Counted from the stretch's first letter, positions 14,440 to 28,560 are shown. The stretch: DNA of 64,000 nt from Piromyces finnis finn (GCA_002104945.1 MCFH01000025.1:1-64000), one strand, 5' to 3'. Notes: a model not told the origin generated them from the sequence alone. Numbers and translations are program-made.

Positions 14440-16574
14440 TCTCATAACGAAATATTTTCTTTATAAGGGAGGATATTCTTCATATGTGTATACCTGGTTA
14501 GTTCTTGTCCCGTATTGTAGTCCTTGAGCTTGACTGTATTCCAGGCGATATCTAAGATTTGATAAGGTCCTTTAAAATATGGGTCCAATTTTGTTCTGTT
14601 GAAATTCCTTAATTTGACTAGATCGCCTATTTGTATCTTCCTTATGATCCATGCTTATTTTACTTTGTCTTCTAGCTTCCCAATACTTTAGAGTACCTAG
14701 CATTTTTGAAGCGCCTTCCTTATCCATTTAGCGTGATCCACGAACCTTTCCATTATAATTTCTTCTGTGGATCTTCCTAAAGTTTCTTGATATGTTTCCA
14801 TTAGCACTAAATCTATTGGGCGTGCATCCTTTCTTCCATATACAAGTTCAAAACTAGAGAATCCAGTTGTAGTAGATATACTGGTCCTTAACGCCCATAG
14901 AGCTACTGGTAAGTATTTGTCCCAGTCTTCATTGTTCTCTACTAAGAATCGTAGCTGTTTCCCAATTTCCCGATTCTTATTTTCCACTAGACCATTCGAC
15001 TCTGGGTGATAGGTGGATACGAAGTGTACATAAGTATCATATAAATCTAAAAATATTTTTGTATAGTCGGAAGTAAATTGTACACCATTATCCATTAAGA
15101 CCAATTGTGGGACTCCGTGGCGACTAAATACTTCGGTTAGGAATTCCGCTACATCTTCTGAGTGGTCGTTGACAACGCCTTCGCCTCAGGCCATTTTGTA
15201 AAATAGTCCACAGCTACAATAATATATTTGTTATCTTGCACAGTAGTCTTTAACGGGCCTATTATGTCCACGGCTATTCTGACAAACGGTGCTTCGACTG
15301 GTGATGCAAATCTCTCGGTTCTTTCAGGTAGAGGTTGGGACTTCCGTAACTGACAGATTTTACACGTAGAAATATAGGTTTTTATATCTAAAACCATGTT
15401 CTTCCAATAATACTTATCCTTGATCCTTTGGTAAGTTTTCTGCAGTCCTCATGTGCGATTTTATGGTTTTTCGCGATGACCTGGATCTTTTCCAAGGGTT
15501 CGTCAACAATCTTTCTTAAGTTATCATTATCCCTGAAATATAACAGATTATTTATTCTTATTACTCTTTCTTTTAGAAAGTTTTCATAACCTCTGAGATA
15601 TATTTATCATTTTCCTCGTTTTCTTCTTCTGACATTAATTCAGGCATCTTAGTAGGTTCTTCTACAACTTGTTTTCTCTGTTTCCGAGCTAATAAAGATT
15701 CTTCTTCATCACTTTCGCTTTCATTATTTCTGACTCAAGGTTGGTATCATTTAGTGTGCTAACTATTGCATTTGCGTTCGCTTCCTGACTGTTATCCTCT
15801 TTTAATGACATCCGGGATAATGCGTCAGCTAAAATATTCGCTTTTCCAGGTTGATATCTTACTTCTACCATGTTTGGCTAAAGTCATTAACCCAGCGAGC
15901 GTGTTTTGAAGTTTGAGGTTCATTTTTATTAATGATAGCAACTAGCGGAAGGTGGTCCGTATATAAATAGTTTTATACGGATTTCCTAGGACATAATGAC
16001 GAAATTCCATCAGGCAATAATGAGCAGCGGTACTTCCAGTTCAGTAATAGGTAGTTTAATTCAGCTTCTTTAGTGCACGACTAGCATACTTTATAGGATG
16101 CTCTACCCCGTCCTCCAAAAGTTGCAATAATACGCCGCCAATACCACTGAAACTGGCGTCCGAGCGGATAATGAAAGGAATATCATAACGAGAAAACACA
16201 GAATAGGGAAGAGGCCAAATATTCTTAGCAGCAACGAACGACGAATTGCACTCAGAATCCCAAATAACTTGGCGTCTTTTCTAAGGATTTATTTAAGGGG
16301 CAGTAATAGAAGCAAAGTGATCAATAAATTCCCTATAATAACCAACCATTCCAAGAAAAGAACGAATTTCAGTAACAGATTTAGGAGGATCTAGTTTGAG
16401 TATATTATCGACCTTAGATTTAATAGGAAGAAGACCATTAATAGAAACAACATGACCCAACACTTCAACTTCCTGTAAACAGAAGTGACACTTCTCAATG
16501 TTGACCTTTAAACCATTATCGCGAAGGATCTGGAAAACCTTTTTGATATCACGAAGGTGTTGTGAGTAAGAAGG
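14440..16574 (-). CDS. Outer Gypsy pol C-terminal part (RT thumb, RNase H, integrase), frameshifted
   Basis: RYQPGKANILADALSR (RNase H end), integrase zinc-finger and DDE motifs in ORFs 15149-15397 and 14697-15104, GPY motif near 14570. Confidence 0.88.
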
Positions 16575-16590
16575 AGAATTGTAATGAATA

Positions 16591-17278
16591 TGTTACGGTT
16601 CGAGGAATTTACTTTTATTTATAAAATATTAATAAATTTATTAATACTCAAAATAATATTAAAATGAAATAAGAAAAATTGTTTATTAATAAAATTGTTT
16701 ATTAAGATATAATATAAATTAAAAATAAAATAAAATAAAATAAAAATATCTGTATATTCTCTAATTCTTATAATATACACCTTTTATACTTTTTGTAAAA
16801 ATTAAGTAGTGTTAATTAAAAGAATTAGTCTTTAATTATTTACATAATTTTAGTATTTAAATTACTTTTAAATGAATAATAAATTACATTACTATTAATA
16901 AATATTTATACATATTATTAAATTGATTAACATACATTAAAAGTTTACTTTAAATATATTTAACTAAAAATTTTACTATTTACAGAAATATTATTCATAA
17001 TTTTAATAATAAAAATTCATTAACTTGATAAATTAAACTAAAAGTTCAATAAACTATAATTTCAATATATTATATACTAAATAATTTTAAGTTTAATAAA
17101 ATAAAATTTAAGTTCAATAAAAAATAATTATTAATAATTTTAAATATAATTTAAGTGTATACATTAATTTACAAATAAGAATATTGTAAAGTTTTCATAC
17201 ATTTAGGAACAATAATGAATGGATTAGGTCATAATCATAATTATGACAAGAATAACATTATTTGTTGGTTCCTTAACA
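16591..17278. mobile_element. Solo LTR of a third family, inserted 11 bp inside the chromovirus 5' LTR
   Basis: Ends TGTTACGG / CCTTAACA (7/8 inverted match); 4-bp TSD AATA (16587-16590, 17279-17282); removing it restores the sequence seen at the start of the 3' LTR (tgtaatgaatactagaaat). Confidence 0.9.
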
Positions 17279-18581
17279 AATACTAGAAATAACTAATTGT
17301 CTTAGTGGTTAGTAGCTAAGACTTGAGTCTGAATGACACTAGTTCGAGACCTCATAGATACTATTTTAAAAAAATTATAATTTATTTATTTATTTTATTT
17401 TTAAATTTTATTTATATGAAGATTATTGATTGGTTAAGAATTTTAAGTTGAAAAAATTTTATAAATTAATTTAAAAAATTTTTAGTATAAATACGAGTGA
17501 ATTTTCCCAAATATTTAAAGAATCGAGATTTATTAATAAATAATTATATTATTAAACACTTAACTTATTAAGTTAAATCTATGTGTTTTAATGATATTTT
17601 ATAAATTAATAATTTACAGAATATTTTAAATGTTAATATTACTAAGTTATTTAGTAAATATTATAATTTGTTTTATTGTTAAAGACACATTTCTTTACAA
17701 TAAAATCTCCTTATAATATAAAAGCTTAATACCTTAGTGTTTAAGGAATTGTTATAGATAAAACTTTTAAGTTTTATTGTTGAAGCTTTCTTTAAAGAAA
17801 TATTTTTACTTAAAGTAGTAGAATTAGTACGCTTTAGAAGCGGTATATAATTCAAACTATAAAAAGTAAAAGATTAACGGGATCGAGTTAACCTGTACAA
17901 TAATTGGGTTGGCAGCTCTGAGCTATTCTACTTTGAATAAGGAAGTAGGAGAATCCGAGGTACACCACGTACAAGACGCTGTAATAAGCAAGCTGGCGTG
18001 AGATTTATAGTTGTATACTATCTTTTGCTGTTTGATTATAGACCGGAAAATAGCCGGAAATGCCTTACTTTAATAAAATAATATTTCTTAATTAATACAT
18101 TTTAAAATTAAGTTTTCTAATAAAACAATTTCTAATTTTTAATTATAATTATTAATTGTTAAGACAATTTATAAAATTGTAATAATATAAAATAATATTC
18201 TTTATAACTCCTTTAGCGTGAGAAGTTAAACTCTTATACATAATACTTCTACTTCGGATAAGGTTGATATAGGGAAAGAAAACCTGTAATAATTTTTATT
18301 GCTAACAATAAGTTAGACACTAAAAAAATTTTTACACCGTTCCTTTCTTTATTAATTTAATTAATATTAACAATCGACTTTATACGTGTTATCGTGAAGA
18401 GCTACGAAGGACTTATTATAAAGAATAAAACAGGTTATATATTTGATGGTTTAACACTATATAATCTGGTTTATATTATTATTTAATAAAAAATTTACTC
18501 AATTAATAAATATAATTAAATACTTTATTCTATTATTTTACAAACTTATTAAAGTTTATTAAAGAAAACATCATAAATACT

Positions 18582-21500
18582 ATGGAAGAGAACGAAACAA
18601 CCACATGGATAATAATAATATTTTCGAAAACGCAACTCTTAAGGATGGTTTTGCAGGGGATCACAGTATCTGAAGGGTTCTTAGCTAAGGTGGAGCTAGT
18701 GTTTATGCTATATCCTGAACGGTATCAAACGACGCAACCAAAATTCTCTATATATATCAAGACTTTATGGGACGCTATGAATTGGGCTGCTACTCTTATA
18801 AACAACCATGATCCGTGTCTTAATAACTACCAAGCTTTTGTTGACAGGTTTAAGGCTTTTTATGGATATAACGATGCTACCTATGTTGCAAATCAAATGC
18901 TAGAACCTTAAAACAACGCCGATTAGGAGGAATTAGAGGCTATATCTTAGAATTTAACCGCTATGCTGATGAATCAAACTGGAATGAACAAGTCAAAATG
19001 GATGCATTTATAGCTGGCCTTAATCAACAAGTTGCCGTTCGTATTTTGGAAATGTTTCCGGGTCCTAGGATCTTCTTTCATTACAGACTATTGCTTCAAG
19101 AATCGATTCAAGATTATCTAACATCATACCTTTTCCCTTCTGGTTCAAACAATGACCGAAACCGAAAGAAAAGATCTTTTCATCACTCTTCAAAAATAAC
19201 AAAGTCCATTACAAACAGGAATAACCATGGCCCTATCTCAAACGAAGAAAAGGAAAGAAGAAAGAAAGAAAATCTTGTGTGTATTGTGGTGCTTCAAGTC
19301 ATAAGCTTAATATTGTCCAAAAAGAAAGAATAAAGATCGTGAAGATCCTTCACTAATATCTATTCCCACACTTATATCCGCTCCTAAAGAAAAAACAAAA
19401 CTCATAATAAAATGACAACTAAATTTAAACTTTCTTATGAACTAAATACGGATATTCTTATTGATCAGGATCCAAACTTAATTTAATTGATGTAGATTAC
19501 TGTAACGATAATAACATTCCTTATCATGATGACGGTAACCTCCCAAATATCGTTGTATCGGTGTCGACATCTCTTTTGGAATTACATCTCCTTTGAATCT
19601 TCGCTACAAAGATATCTCTGTCGAACACAATTCTATGTAACTGATCTACCTTATTATCTTGTATCTTGGAATAGACTGGCTTAAAGAAACAATCCTTCTA
19701 TCGATTTCACAAAGAACAAAATTTATTTGTATCCGATTACTGTTATAATCGTTGTATAACACTCTCCAATAATGTCCCTGAATTTCCTGAAGAAGATCTG
19801 CTTTTCCTGCAATGGAAGATCCTTCCTACGAACCTCCGCATGATTCATTCGTTACCCTATATATGTCGATAACAAAACATCCAATCTCAAAACGAAAACT
19901 AATCGTACTGTACTATTCTCTGTTCGGGTTCTTCAAAAAATATTAACAATTCTGTTCTAAGAAGTCTTCTGTTAACTTTTCTACTTCGTCTCTCTCAAAT
20001 CAAGAACCAACTTCTGTTTTGACTCTTTTTCTGATTCTAATATTCAATCCAATTCTATTCTCAAATCCGATTCAAACTCTAAATCAGAACCCAATTCTTC
20101 TATTATACTTCGGATGTTCTCTCTGACTTTGCTGATGTCTTCAATGAATCTAATGCTGAAAAACTTCCTCCACACCGTCCATACGATTGTAAATAAAACT
20201 CAAAGAAATTCAAAACTGTTTTATGGACCGATTTATCCTCTAACAGAAACCGAATCAATTGCTTTAGAAGAATATATAAAGAAAATCTCAAGAAAGGATT
20301 TATTAGAAAATCAAAATCGCCCTGCGGGAGCTCCTATTCTGTTTGTACCTAAGAAAAACGGTCAACTTCGTATGTGTGTTGACTATCGCCAATTAAACTC
20401 CATAACTATTCGTGATTCTTATCCCCTTCCTCTTATACAAGATATGCTTGAACATCTTGGAAAAGGGAAGATTTTCTCAAAATTGGATCTTCGTTCTGCC
20501 CATAACTTGGTCAGGATTAAAAGTGGTGATGAATATAAAACCGCTTTTACTTGCAAGTTAGGTCATTTTGAATACTGTGTGATGCCTTTTGGGTTGAAAA
20601 ATGCACCTGCTGTTTTTCAACATTTCATTAATGATGTTCTTGAAGACGTTCTTGGTAAATTCGCTTTCTTTTACATAGATGATATTATTATTTTTTCCTT
20701 GATTATAAATCTCATATATCTCATGTCAAAACTGTTTTGAAACACCTGAGGGATGTTGGGCTCTATGCTAAATTGGAAAAATGCGAGTTCTTTGTTTTCT
20801 TTTATTGATTTCCTTGGTCATAGGATTTCTACTGATGGTATTCACATGGACCCAAATAAAGTTTCTTCTATTTAAACTGGGCCTACTCCATCTAATGTTA
20901 AAGAGGTTCAATCTTTTCTTGGTCTTGCGAACTACTACCGTCGATTTATTCCAAATTTTGCAAAGATCGCTCATCCTTTGCATAAACTTTTGAAGAAAAA
21001 ATGTTAAATTTGCATGGTCTAAAGAAGCTCAAGATGCTTTCGATTCACTCAAGTCCTTATTTATTTCTGCTCCTGTTCTTATATTTCCTAATCGTGAACT
21101 TCCATTCATAGTCGAAACTGATTCAAGTAACTTTGCCATTGGTGCTATTCTCTCGCAAGTCTCTCCAATTGATAATATGACCCATCCAGTTGCTTTCTTT
21201 TCTCGCTCTCTTACTGGTCCTGAACGTAATTATCCAATATATGATAAAGAGCTCTTAGCTATCGTTGCTGCTCTTGAAACATGGCGTCATCTACTTAAAG
21301 GCTCTTATTCTACTTTTAAGATTTACTCGGATCATCGAAATTTACTCTATCAAAAGAAACCTGAAAAAATGTCTCAACGTCTTGTTCGCTGGGCTTTGTT
21401 TCTCTCTGAATTTAACTTTGTTATTATTTATCGTTCTGGTTCTTCTAACGGTAAGCCTGATACTCTATCTCGTCGTCCTGATTATGCTATCAATTCGAAT

Positions 21501-22980
21501 TCCTCTTCTGAATGTTCCTTTTAATGTTCTTCGCCCTGAAAAACTTTTGTGCCATTGTGACTTCTGTTTCGTCCATTAGTGATTCTTTTCTTTCCGAATA
21601 TATAAATGATGACTTTTACAATAAAATCTGTGAATATCTTGATTGTAGGAAACCTCCAATACCTCATCCTCAAATTGACAAATTTTCCTTAAGCAATAGT
21701 TTTCTCCTTTTTTACTGACAAATCTATGTTCCTCCTAATTGTCGTCTTTCAATTCTTAAACTCTGTCACGACTCTCCTTCAGCTGGTCATTTCGGAATAA
21801 AGAAAACATCTTCTCTTATTGCTAGAGACTTCTGGTGGCCTTCTATTTCTTCTGATGTTAAAGACTACGTTCTTCTTGTGAAGTTTGTTGTCGTTCAAAA
21901 ACCTTTCGTCATAAACCTTATGGTCTTCTGAATCCTCTTGATATTGCTGAGCGTCCTTGGTCATCCATTTCAATGGATTTCATTACAGATTTGCCTTCAT
22001 CTTCTGGTTTCACTTGCATTCTTGTTGTTGTTTGATCGTCTTACAAAAATGGTTCATCTCATTCCGTTCAAAAGTATTCCTTCCGCCGCCGAAACAGCCA
22101 CAGCCTTTATTGATAATATTTTCCGTCTTCATGGCTACCTGAATCTATTGTCTCGGATAGAGGTTCTCAATTTACTCTAATTCTTCCAATCCATCTGTTC
22201 CTCCCTTGCATTGAACTTAAGTTGTCTACTCCATTTCATCATCAATCAAACGGTCAACGGAGAGGGTGAACTCCGTTATAGAACAATATTTAAGATGTTT
22301 CTCAAATTATAAAGGTTCAAATTGGAAAAGTTTTCTTAGTCTTGCAGAATTTAGTTATAACAACGTGGTTCAAGAATCATCCAAATTTTCTCCATTCTTT
22401 TTGAATTACGGCTTTCATCCAAAATATTCACCAGTTATTCCAGACTTATCTAAAGTCCCAAGAGCAGAAGAGTTTACAAGAGATTTTAAAACTTAATTAA
22501 TACCTTAAAGAAAATTTAAAATCTGCCATGGAAACCCAGAAGAAGCATGCTGACAAACTTAGAAAAGAAGCTCCCGAATTTTAAAGTTGGGTGACAAGTT
22601 TGGCTGGATAGTTCTTTAATTATCCACAAAGGAATAAAAATTTTAAGCCAAGAAAACTCGGCCCATACAAAATCTTGGAAAAATATCAAATGTTACATTT
22701 AAATTAAGTCTCCCAAAATCTATTAAATTCATCCATTATTCATGTATCCAATCTCGAAATATGTCGAAGATAAATTTGGAAGATCTCAACCGCCACCGCC
22801 ACTATTACCGTTGACAATGAAGAAGAATACAAGTTGAAGAAATTCTGGATAAAAGAAGACATTACGGAAAAATACAATACCTGATTAAATGGAAAGGGTA
22901 TTCAATCAATGAAGCTTCGTGGATCCTGAAGAAAATCTAAATTGCAAGGGCTACTTAAAAATTTAATAGAAAGAATAAAA
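18582..22980 (+). CDS. Chromovirus gag-pol (gag with CCHC knuckle, protease, RT, RNase H, integrase, chromodomain), many frameshifts
   Basis: [65 protein letters not shown]; chromodomain-like [26 protein letters not shown] at ~22815-22945. Confidence 0.9.
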
Positions 22981-23698
22981 AATAGTTAAAAAATTCAAAT
23001 TATATTATTATTAATATTAAAATCACAATTATTTATTATCAAAACTTATTAATATTATCAATATCAATTTATTTATTAACATTTATTAATATCAATTTAT
23101 CAATATTTATTTTAACTTTATATATAAAAAAAAAAATGTATTTATTATATAAATGTATTTATAATTAAGAAAATTCACTCCTTAGTTTAGTTTATTAAAA
23201 AAGAAAACATATATTAAATATTAAAATCTAGATTCGTCGGTATCCGAATCTGGAGGGACCATGTAATGAATACTAGAAATAACTAAATTGTCTTAGTGGT
23301 TAGTAGCTAAGACTTTGAGTCTGAATGACACTAGTTCGAGACCTCATAGATACTATTTTTAAAAAAATTATAATTTTATTTTATTTTATTTTTTTTAAAT
23401 TTTATTTTATATGAGATATTGATTGGTTAAGATTTTAAGTTGAAAAATTTTATTAAATTAATTTAAAAATTTTTAGTATAAATACGAGTGAATTTTCCCA
23501 AATATTTTAAAGAATCGAGATTTTATTAATAAATAATTATATTATTAAACACTAACTTATTAAGTTAATTCTATGTGTTTTTAATGATATTTTTATAAAT
23601 TAATAATTTACAGATATTTAAAGTGTTAATATTACTAAGTTATTTAGTAAATATTATAATTTGTTTTATTGTTAAAGACACATTTCTTTTACAAGAAT

Positions 23699-26570
23699 AA
23701 ATATTATGTCATCAAGGTATACTTGAATACAAACATTGAGGAGGTCAAGAAGATACGATTTCATCTCTCTTTGAAAGGTCGCCGGCGCGTTTGTTAAACC
23801 AAAAGCATGACTACCGTAATCAAAATTTCCAAAGCGGTGGTAATAGCTGTAATACATTGTCTTCTGGTAGCATAGGAATTTGGTGTATCCACTGAATAGA
23901 TCTAAGGCCGTGAAAAATCTTGCACCAGTCTGGATTCAAAGCTTCTCTAATGTTGGAATAGAGTAAGCATCCTTTACAGTAATATTATTGACTTTTCTAT
24001 AATCTGCACAAAGACGCCATTTATTGTGCTTTTAGGAACCATTACAATGGGAGAAGCCCAAGGGAATGGGATGAACAATAAGGCCTTTATCCAGTAGTTT
24101 TTGAAGTTCCCCTTAAGAGCAGCTAGTTGAACTTGTGACAACTTCCGAACTTTAGCTTTAATGGGTTAGCGCCCTCAACAAGTTCAATGTGGTGTGACGG
24201 AGTTTTGAACGTTGGAGATCATCAGTGGAACAAGCAATAACATCACGAAAGAAAATAGAAGACTTTGGAAAATCATCTACAACAACGGTTCTCAGACTTA
24301 TATGAAGGAATAAGATTATGTAATTCCTCAACTTTACCTAGAATTAAATCCTCCTTATTAAGAATAGGCTCGTTCTTGAGAGCAGCTACAATTGTTTCCT
24401 ATCAGAAGAGGGAAATAAGTAACAGTAATAGCACAAAGAGTTAAAAGAATTAATATCAATAATAGGAGTGAGAGGTTCCAGAGTACCTTGACGTGTCTTA
24501 ACACAAACAGTTTTATCGACTGCATCAACAATAATCCGTTGATCATGTTGAACTTTCAAACCAATCAGAGCATCATAAAATACGTCGTCATTATCGCAAA
24601 TGCGGAATAGGACCGGAAAGGTAAGGAACCAATACACACATTGAGTTCAACCAAATCAAAGGTACGAAGGTTATCATCAGCCATAGCCTGTTGAATTTTT
24701 GCTGTATACTTGGCCTTCAATTTTGAAATCGTTTATATTAATCTAACAAGATTTCCTCGAAACCAAGTTAATATTCTGCAGGAATCAACTAAAAGAAAAG
24801 CCTTATGTCCATTCAGTAAGGCATGAACTACGGCAATGTCGTGGTCTTTTACGGCACCCGACACATAGTCTGATGAGGATTATTAACGACTTGTAGTTCC
24901 AGCGGCTTATTATCCTGTTCGACCATACCCATGACAATAGAGCTAGAGGGAACACGTTCCTTCTTTAAGTTGTTGGCAAGATCCATACGAGATTGGTTGG
25001 ATAATTCCAAGAGTTGGGCGAAAGTCACATTAGCCTTAGTATTTTTCAAGTCTTCGCAGATATCATATCTATTTGTCCCTTGAGATAACTTCATGACTTG
25101 TATAGTTTTCTCTTTTGGGCCTAAGGCTGTACAAGTGCGCTTCCGATATTAGGAAGGAAGTAATAGGACTTTTACTTTTCTTTTCACTTTTCGGCTTGGA
25201 AACATTTTTAAAAGATACAGATTTAACATGGCTCTCGGACTTACGGACATCTGGAGGTGCCTGAGTTTGTTCAAAAATCCATTTCAACACTACTTACGTT
25301 TGGAACGAGGGGGATTCGAACGCATGACCTGGGGACTGGGGGTTCGAGACAGTGCCCGCTGCACCATTGTGGTTATTTTCCTGAAAATTTTTGAAGAGGG
25401 AAGTCACCTGGGGGTGTGCTGAGAATGGTTGTGAGCTCACCGGAGATGTAGGAGGAGGAGTAGTATCAGAATTCGAGGAGGTGAGCGAGTTGCGTCTCTT
25501 CGTTTGAAGCTGATTCCTCCTCATCTGTAGGGTCTAATTTCCTTTTAGCTACAGCAATTATATCCTTTTTGACCGTAGATTCCGATGGTGAGTGACCCAT
25601 TTGGTTACTGGAGGTGGATCGACCTCCATTTAGTGATTTAAACGACCACAGTCTTTTTGGAGTGTTCCTGGTTGATGGCAGCGATAACACACTTTTTGGG
25701 AAAAGTTACCAGACGCATGAGGGGTATCCTAGGCTGAGTGTAATTGAAATATACCTGTTTTGATACTGATTTGGAGGATTATAAGCAGGATAAGGAGTGT
25801 AATATTCAGATTGATGATAAGTGGCATAACCATCACCCATTGGTCAGGAGGCCTGTTGTTGAAATAAGGATCTGAGTAACTAGGTCCAGGAGCTTGGACA
25901 GGAGCAACCGGTGTTGAAAGGATAATTGTAACTGGAATTATTGGAATATCCATAAGAATAAGGGTTAGGATTGGAATAATGACTATCCATCGGACGATAC
26001 TGTGGTGTATAAGCACCATGAGATTATAACCAGGAGTAAAGCTACTGGAATAAGAGGCGTATTCTTTCCAGTATTCGTGGTTCTTTGCAGTTTGGCAAGC
26101 TCATCAATAGTTGCGGGCTCGCGAATGGTGAGGGCATGTTGTAATTCTGGACGACTACGGATAGCATGCATATAGTCGTACACAGAAACTCTGGGGCGAT
26201 ATTCCGCATCCAAAGAATGGTAAAGGTCCAAAAACCTATTATTGAATTCATCCATGTTTCTCCAGGACGAATAACCATATCTTAATCGGCGAAAACCATC
26301 CTGTTTGTTGTTCCAATAGGCTAAACCTATTCCTAATTGATGGCATACATTCATCCAAAGAGGGTGCCTGTTCCACATGCGTTCAAACCTAATTAGTTCA
26401 TCAACAATTTCTGGGAAATCGATACAACCGACAATGGTATCGAACTTTTCATTCTCATCAACAATGCCTTCTCTAGAAAACCATGCTTCCATCTGACGTT
26501 TCCACACATCTTCGTTGCAATGGGTTTTGTCCAAGATAGGAAGTCTATAATACGAAGATCTATTAGCCAT
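23699..26570 (-). CDS. Outer Gypsy gag-protease-RT (N-terminal part), frameshifted
   Basis: ORF 25983-26570 gag-like; YDICEDLKNTKANVTFAQLL motif; LVDS protease region near 24790; FGLTNAPATFQR and VYLDD RT motifs. Confidence 0.85.
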
Positions 26571-26617
26571 AGCAAAAATTTACTGAAATTTAAAGGGTTA
26601 GGTATTAATGAGTAAAC

Positions 26618-26670
<53 letters not shown>

Positions 26671-27085
26671 ATTTAACTGAAATAATATAACAAACTAATT
26701 ATTTAATATTTTTATTTATCAAGTTTAGTTTTCGACCTCCACTTCGGGCCCTCACTAATAAATACTTTTATTCTAACAGTGGGTTAGAATGGTGATATTT
26801 CTTTAATAGCTGCCGGAAGCGCTCTACTCTCCTAATGAATATTTAAGAACTGATATGGTAGTTACCAACTCTTAAATAACCTCAATAAATAACTGGAGTA
26901 AATATACTAAACTTTAATAATTTATACGCAAGCGTTGTAGCTGTCTAGTATAAACTACTTAATTATATTATATTATTAAAAGAATAACAACTTTTTATAT
27001 CCTTTTCTACTTCTAAGTAGTAAAGGAGGAAAATAACAATAAAACTTGTTTTAAAAAATCGAAAAAAAAAAACACTATTCTTTCT

Positions 27086-27104
27086 ATCCCCGATATCTCC
27101 ACCA
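27086..27104 (-). promoter_or_regulatory. Primer-binding site, complementary to a tRNA 3' end (probably tRNA-Ala)
   Basis: Minus strand TGGTGGAGATATCGGGGAT, 3 nt inside the 5' LTR; its complement ATCCCCGATATCTCCACCA ends in the UCCACCA typical of eukaryotic tRNA-Ala. Confidence 0.75.
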
Positions 27105-27107
27105 AGT

Positions 27108-27528
27108 TGATACGGGTTAATTTTATGTAGAAAGAATTAAACTTTAATTAATATATATATTTTATTAATAATTTTATTTATAACGTTCCAATATTTCTAT
27201 TCTGTCTAAATACTAAAACGTTCTGTCGTTGTCAAATATTAAAATTCTAACTAAAACAAGAAGCCCTTTTTAATAATATTTATTCTAGTCTATTTATACT
27301 AATGAGGCTTACTTAATAATTAATTGTCCAATTATAAGGCTGGAACTATATGGATCATTCATTTACAATACTCTTTTACATTACATGATTTTACATTTGT
27401 CGTACATTTACATTATATTCTTATACATTGTAGAAATAATTAATATTATAATAAATCTATATAAATTTAATATTAGGAAAAATTACTAATATAATAATAT
27501 GTTCAAGTCACATATTATTTTTATATCA
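27108..27528 (-). repeat. 5' LTR of outer Gypsy
   Basis: Matches 13523-13941 apart from a few small differences; followed on the minus strand by the PBS. Confidence 0.93.
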
Positions 27529-28018
27529 TAATGAAAAGATTATTTGTTAATTTTACTATATAAATTTATGAAATAATTTAGATAAATATTTAAATTAATG
27601 AATAATTAAATTTAAATATTTTAAGCATTCAAATTAAATCTTAAAAAGTTTTTATTTAATTAAAATTAGTTTAAAACTTCAAAGTCAAAGTAGTTTTAAA
27701 ATAGCATTTTTCAATAGTAATTATATAATAAATAGTATTATTAATATTAAATTAATATAGAAGTAATACATGGACTATATTCAATTTACAGTTTACTCAA
27801 ATTGAATCAAAAGTGTATCTAATTAGTTTTAGTATAGGTTTATTATTTTATTATTTATTTAAATTAGTATTAAATTAGATTGGTTTATTTTATATTAAAT
27901 ATGTATATAATTAAATAGATATATCAAATTATAATATATAAAAAATATAAATACATGTAATTTTTCTTAATAAAAACGATGTAATTGTTATTGACTACAA
28001 TTTATTTAATAACTAAGT

Positions 28019-28560
28019 TCACACAAAGGTAAAAACACTATTCTGTCTGAGAAGACGAACAATAACATCTAAGGTATTGTTCAATGACAGCATTAGTAAG
28101 CTCAATTTGTCCGTTGGATTGTTGATGATGAGCAGTAGCAAGATTTGGTTTGACTCTAAGAGCAAAGCAAAAAGAAGTTCAAAATTCAGAAGAGAATTGA
28201 GAGCCGTGATCGGAGATAATGGTTTTAGGAAAACCATGATAACGAAAAACATTTGAAAGGAGGAGTCTAGCTGTGAGATCAGCCGAAGCAATGAATTAAA
28301 TGGATCATCTTTGTAAGGTGATAAGCGACCACCATAATACATGTACAATTTTGAGAATTTTGGAGAGAAACTATGAAATCCATCCCAATGATTTCCCACG
28401 GTTTATTTGGTACAGGAAGTGGCTGGATTTTTCCGTAAGGTTTGTGGCGGCGTATTTTGTTTTTTCCACAAACCTCACATGAAAAAACGTAGTTTTGTAC
28501 GTCATTACGCATATTTGGCCACCAATAATAACGTTTTAGTTTTTCAAGGGTTTTATCAAC
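28019..28560 (-). pseudogene. Gypsy integrase fragment
   Basis: SCEVCGKNKIRRHKPYGKIQPLPVPNKPWEIIGMDFIV, LTKMIH and QYLRCY motifs across frameshifts. Confidence 0.85.

Larger units (their letters stand above)
16580..23693 (+). mobile_element. Chromovirus-type Ty3/Gypsy LTR retrotransposon nested in the outer element
   Basis: LTRs TGTAATGAA..TTACA at 16580-17699 (interrupted) and 23262-23693; 5-bp TSD AGAAT (16575-16579, 23694-23698); PPT-like ggaggga before the 3' LTR; C-terminal chromodomain. Confidence 0.95.
13523..27528 (-). mobile_element. Ty3/Gypsy LTR retrotransposon (outer element), interrupted in RT by a nested chromovirus
   Basis: Near-identical ~420-bp LTRs at 13523-13941 and 27108-27528 with TG..CA ends; 4-bp TSD TAAT (13519-13522, 27529-27532); gag (26570 leftward), protease, RT (YLDD near 23710), RNase H, integrase (CKICQ, VDYFTKWPEA, DNGVQF, YHPESNGLVE, GPY). 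Confidence 0.95.

Noticed and set aside
27086-27104. tRNA gene
   Set aside because: Only the 3'-terminal ~19 nt match; it is a PBS, with no cloverleaf.
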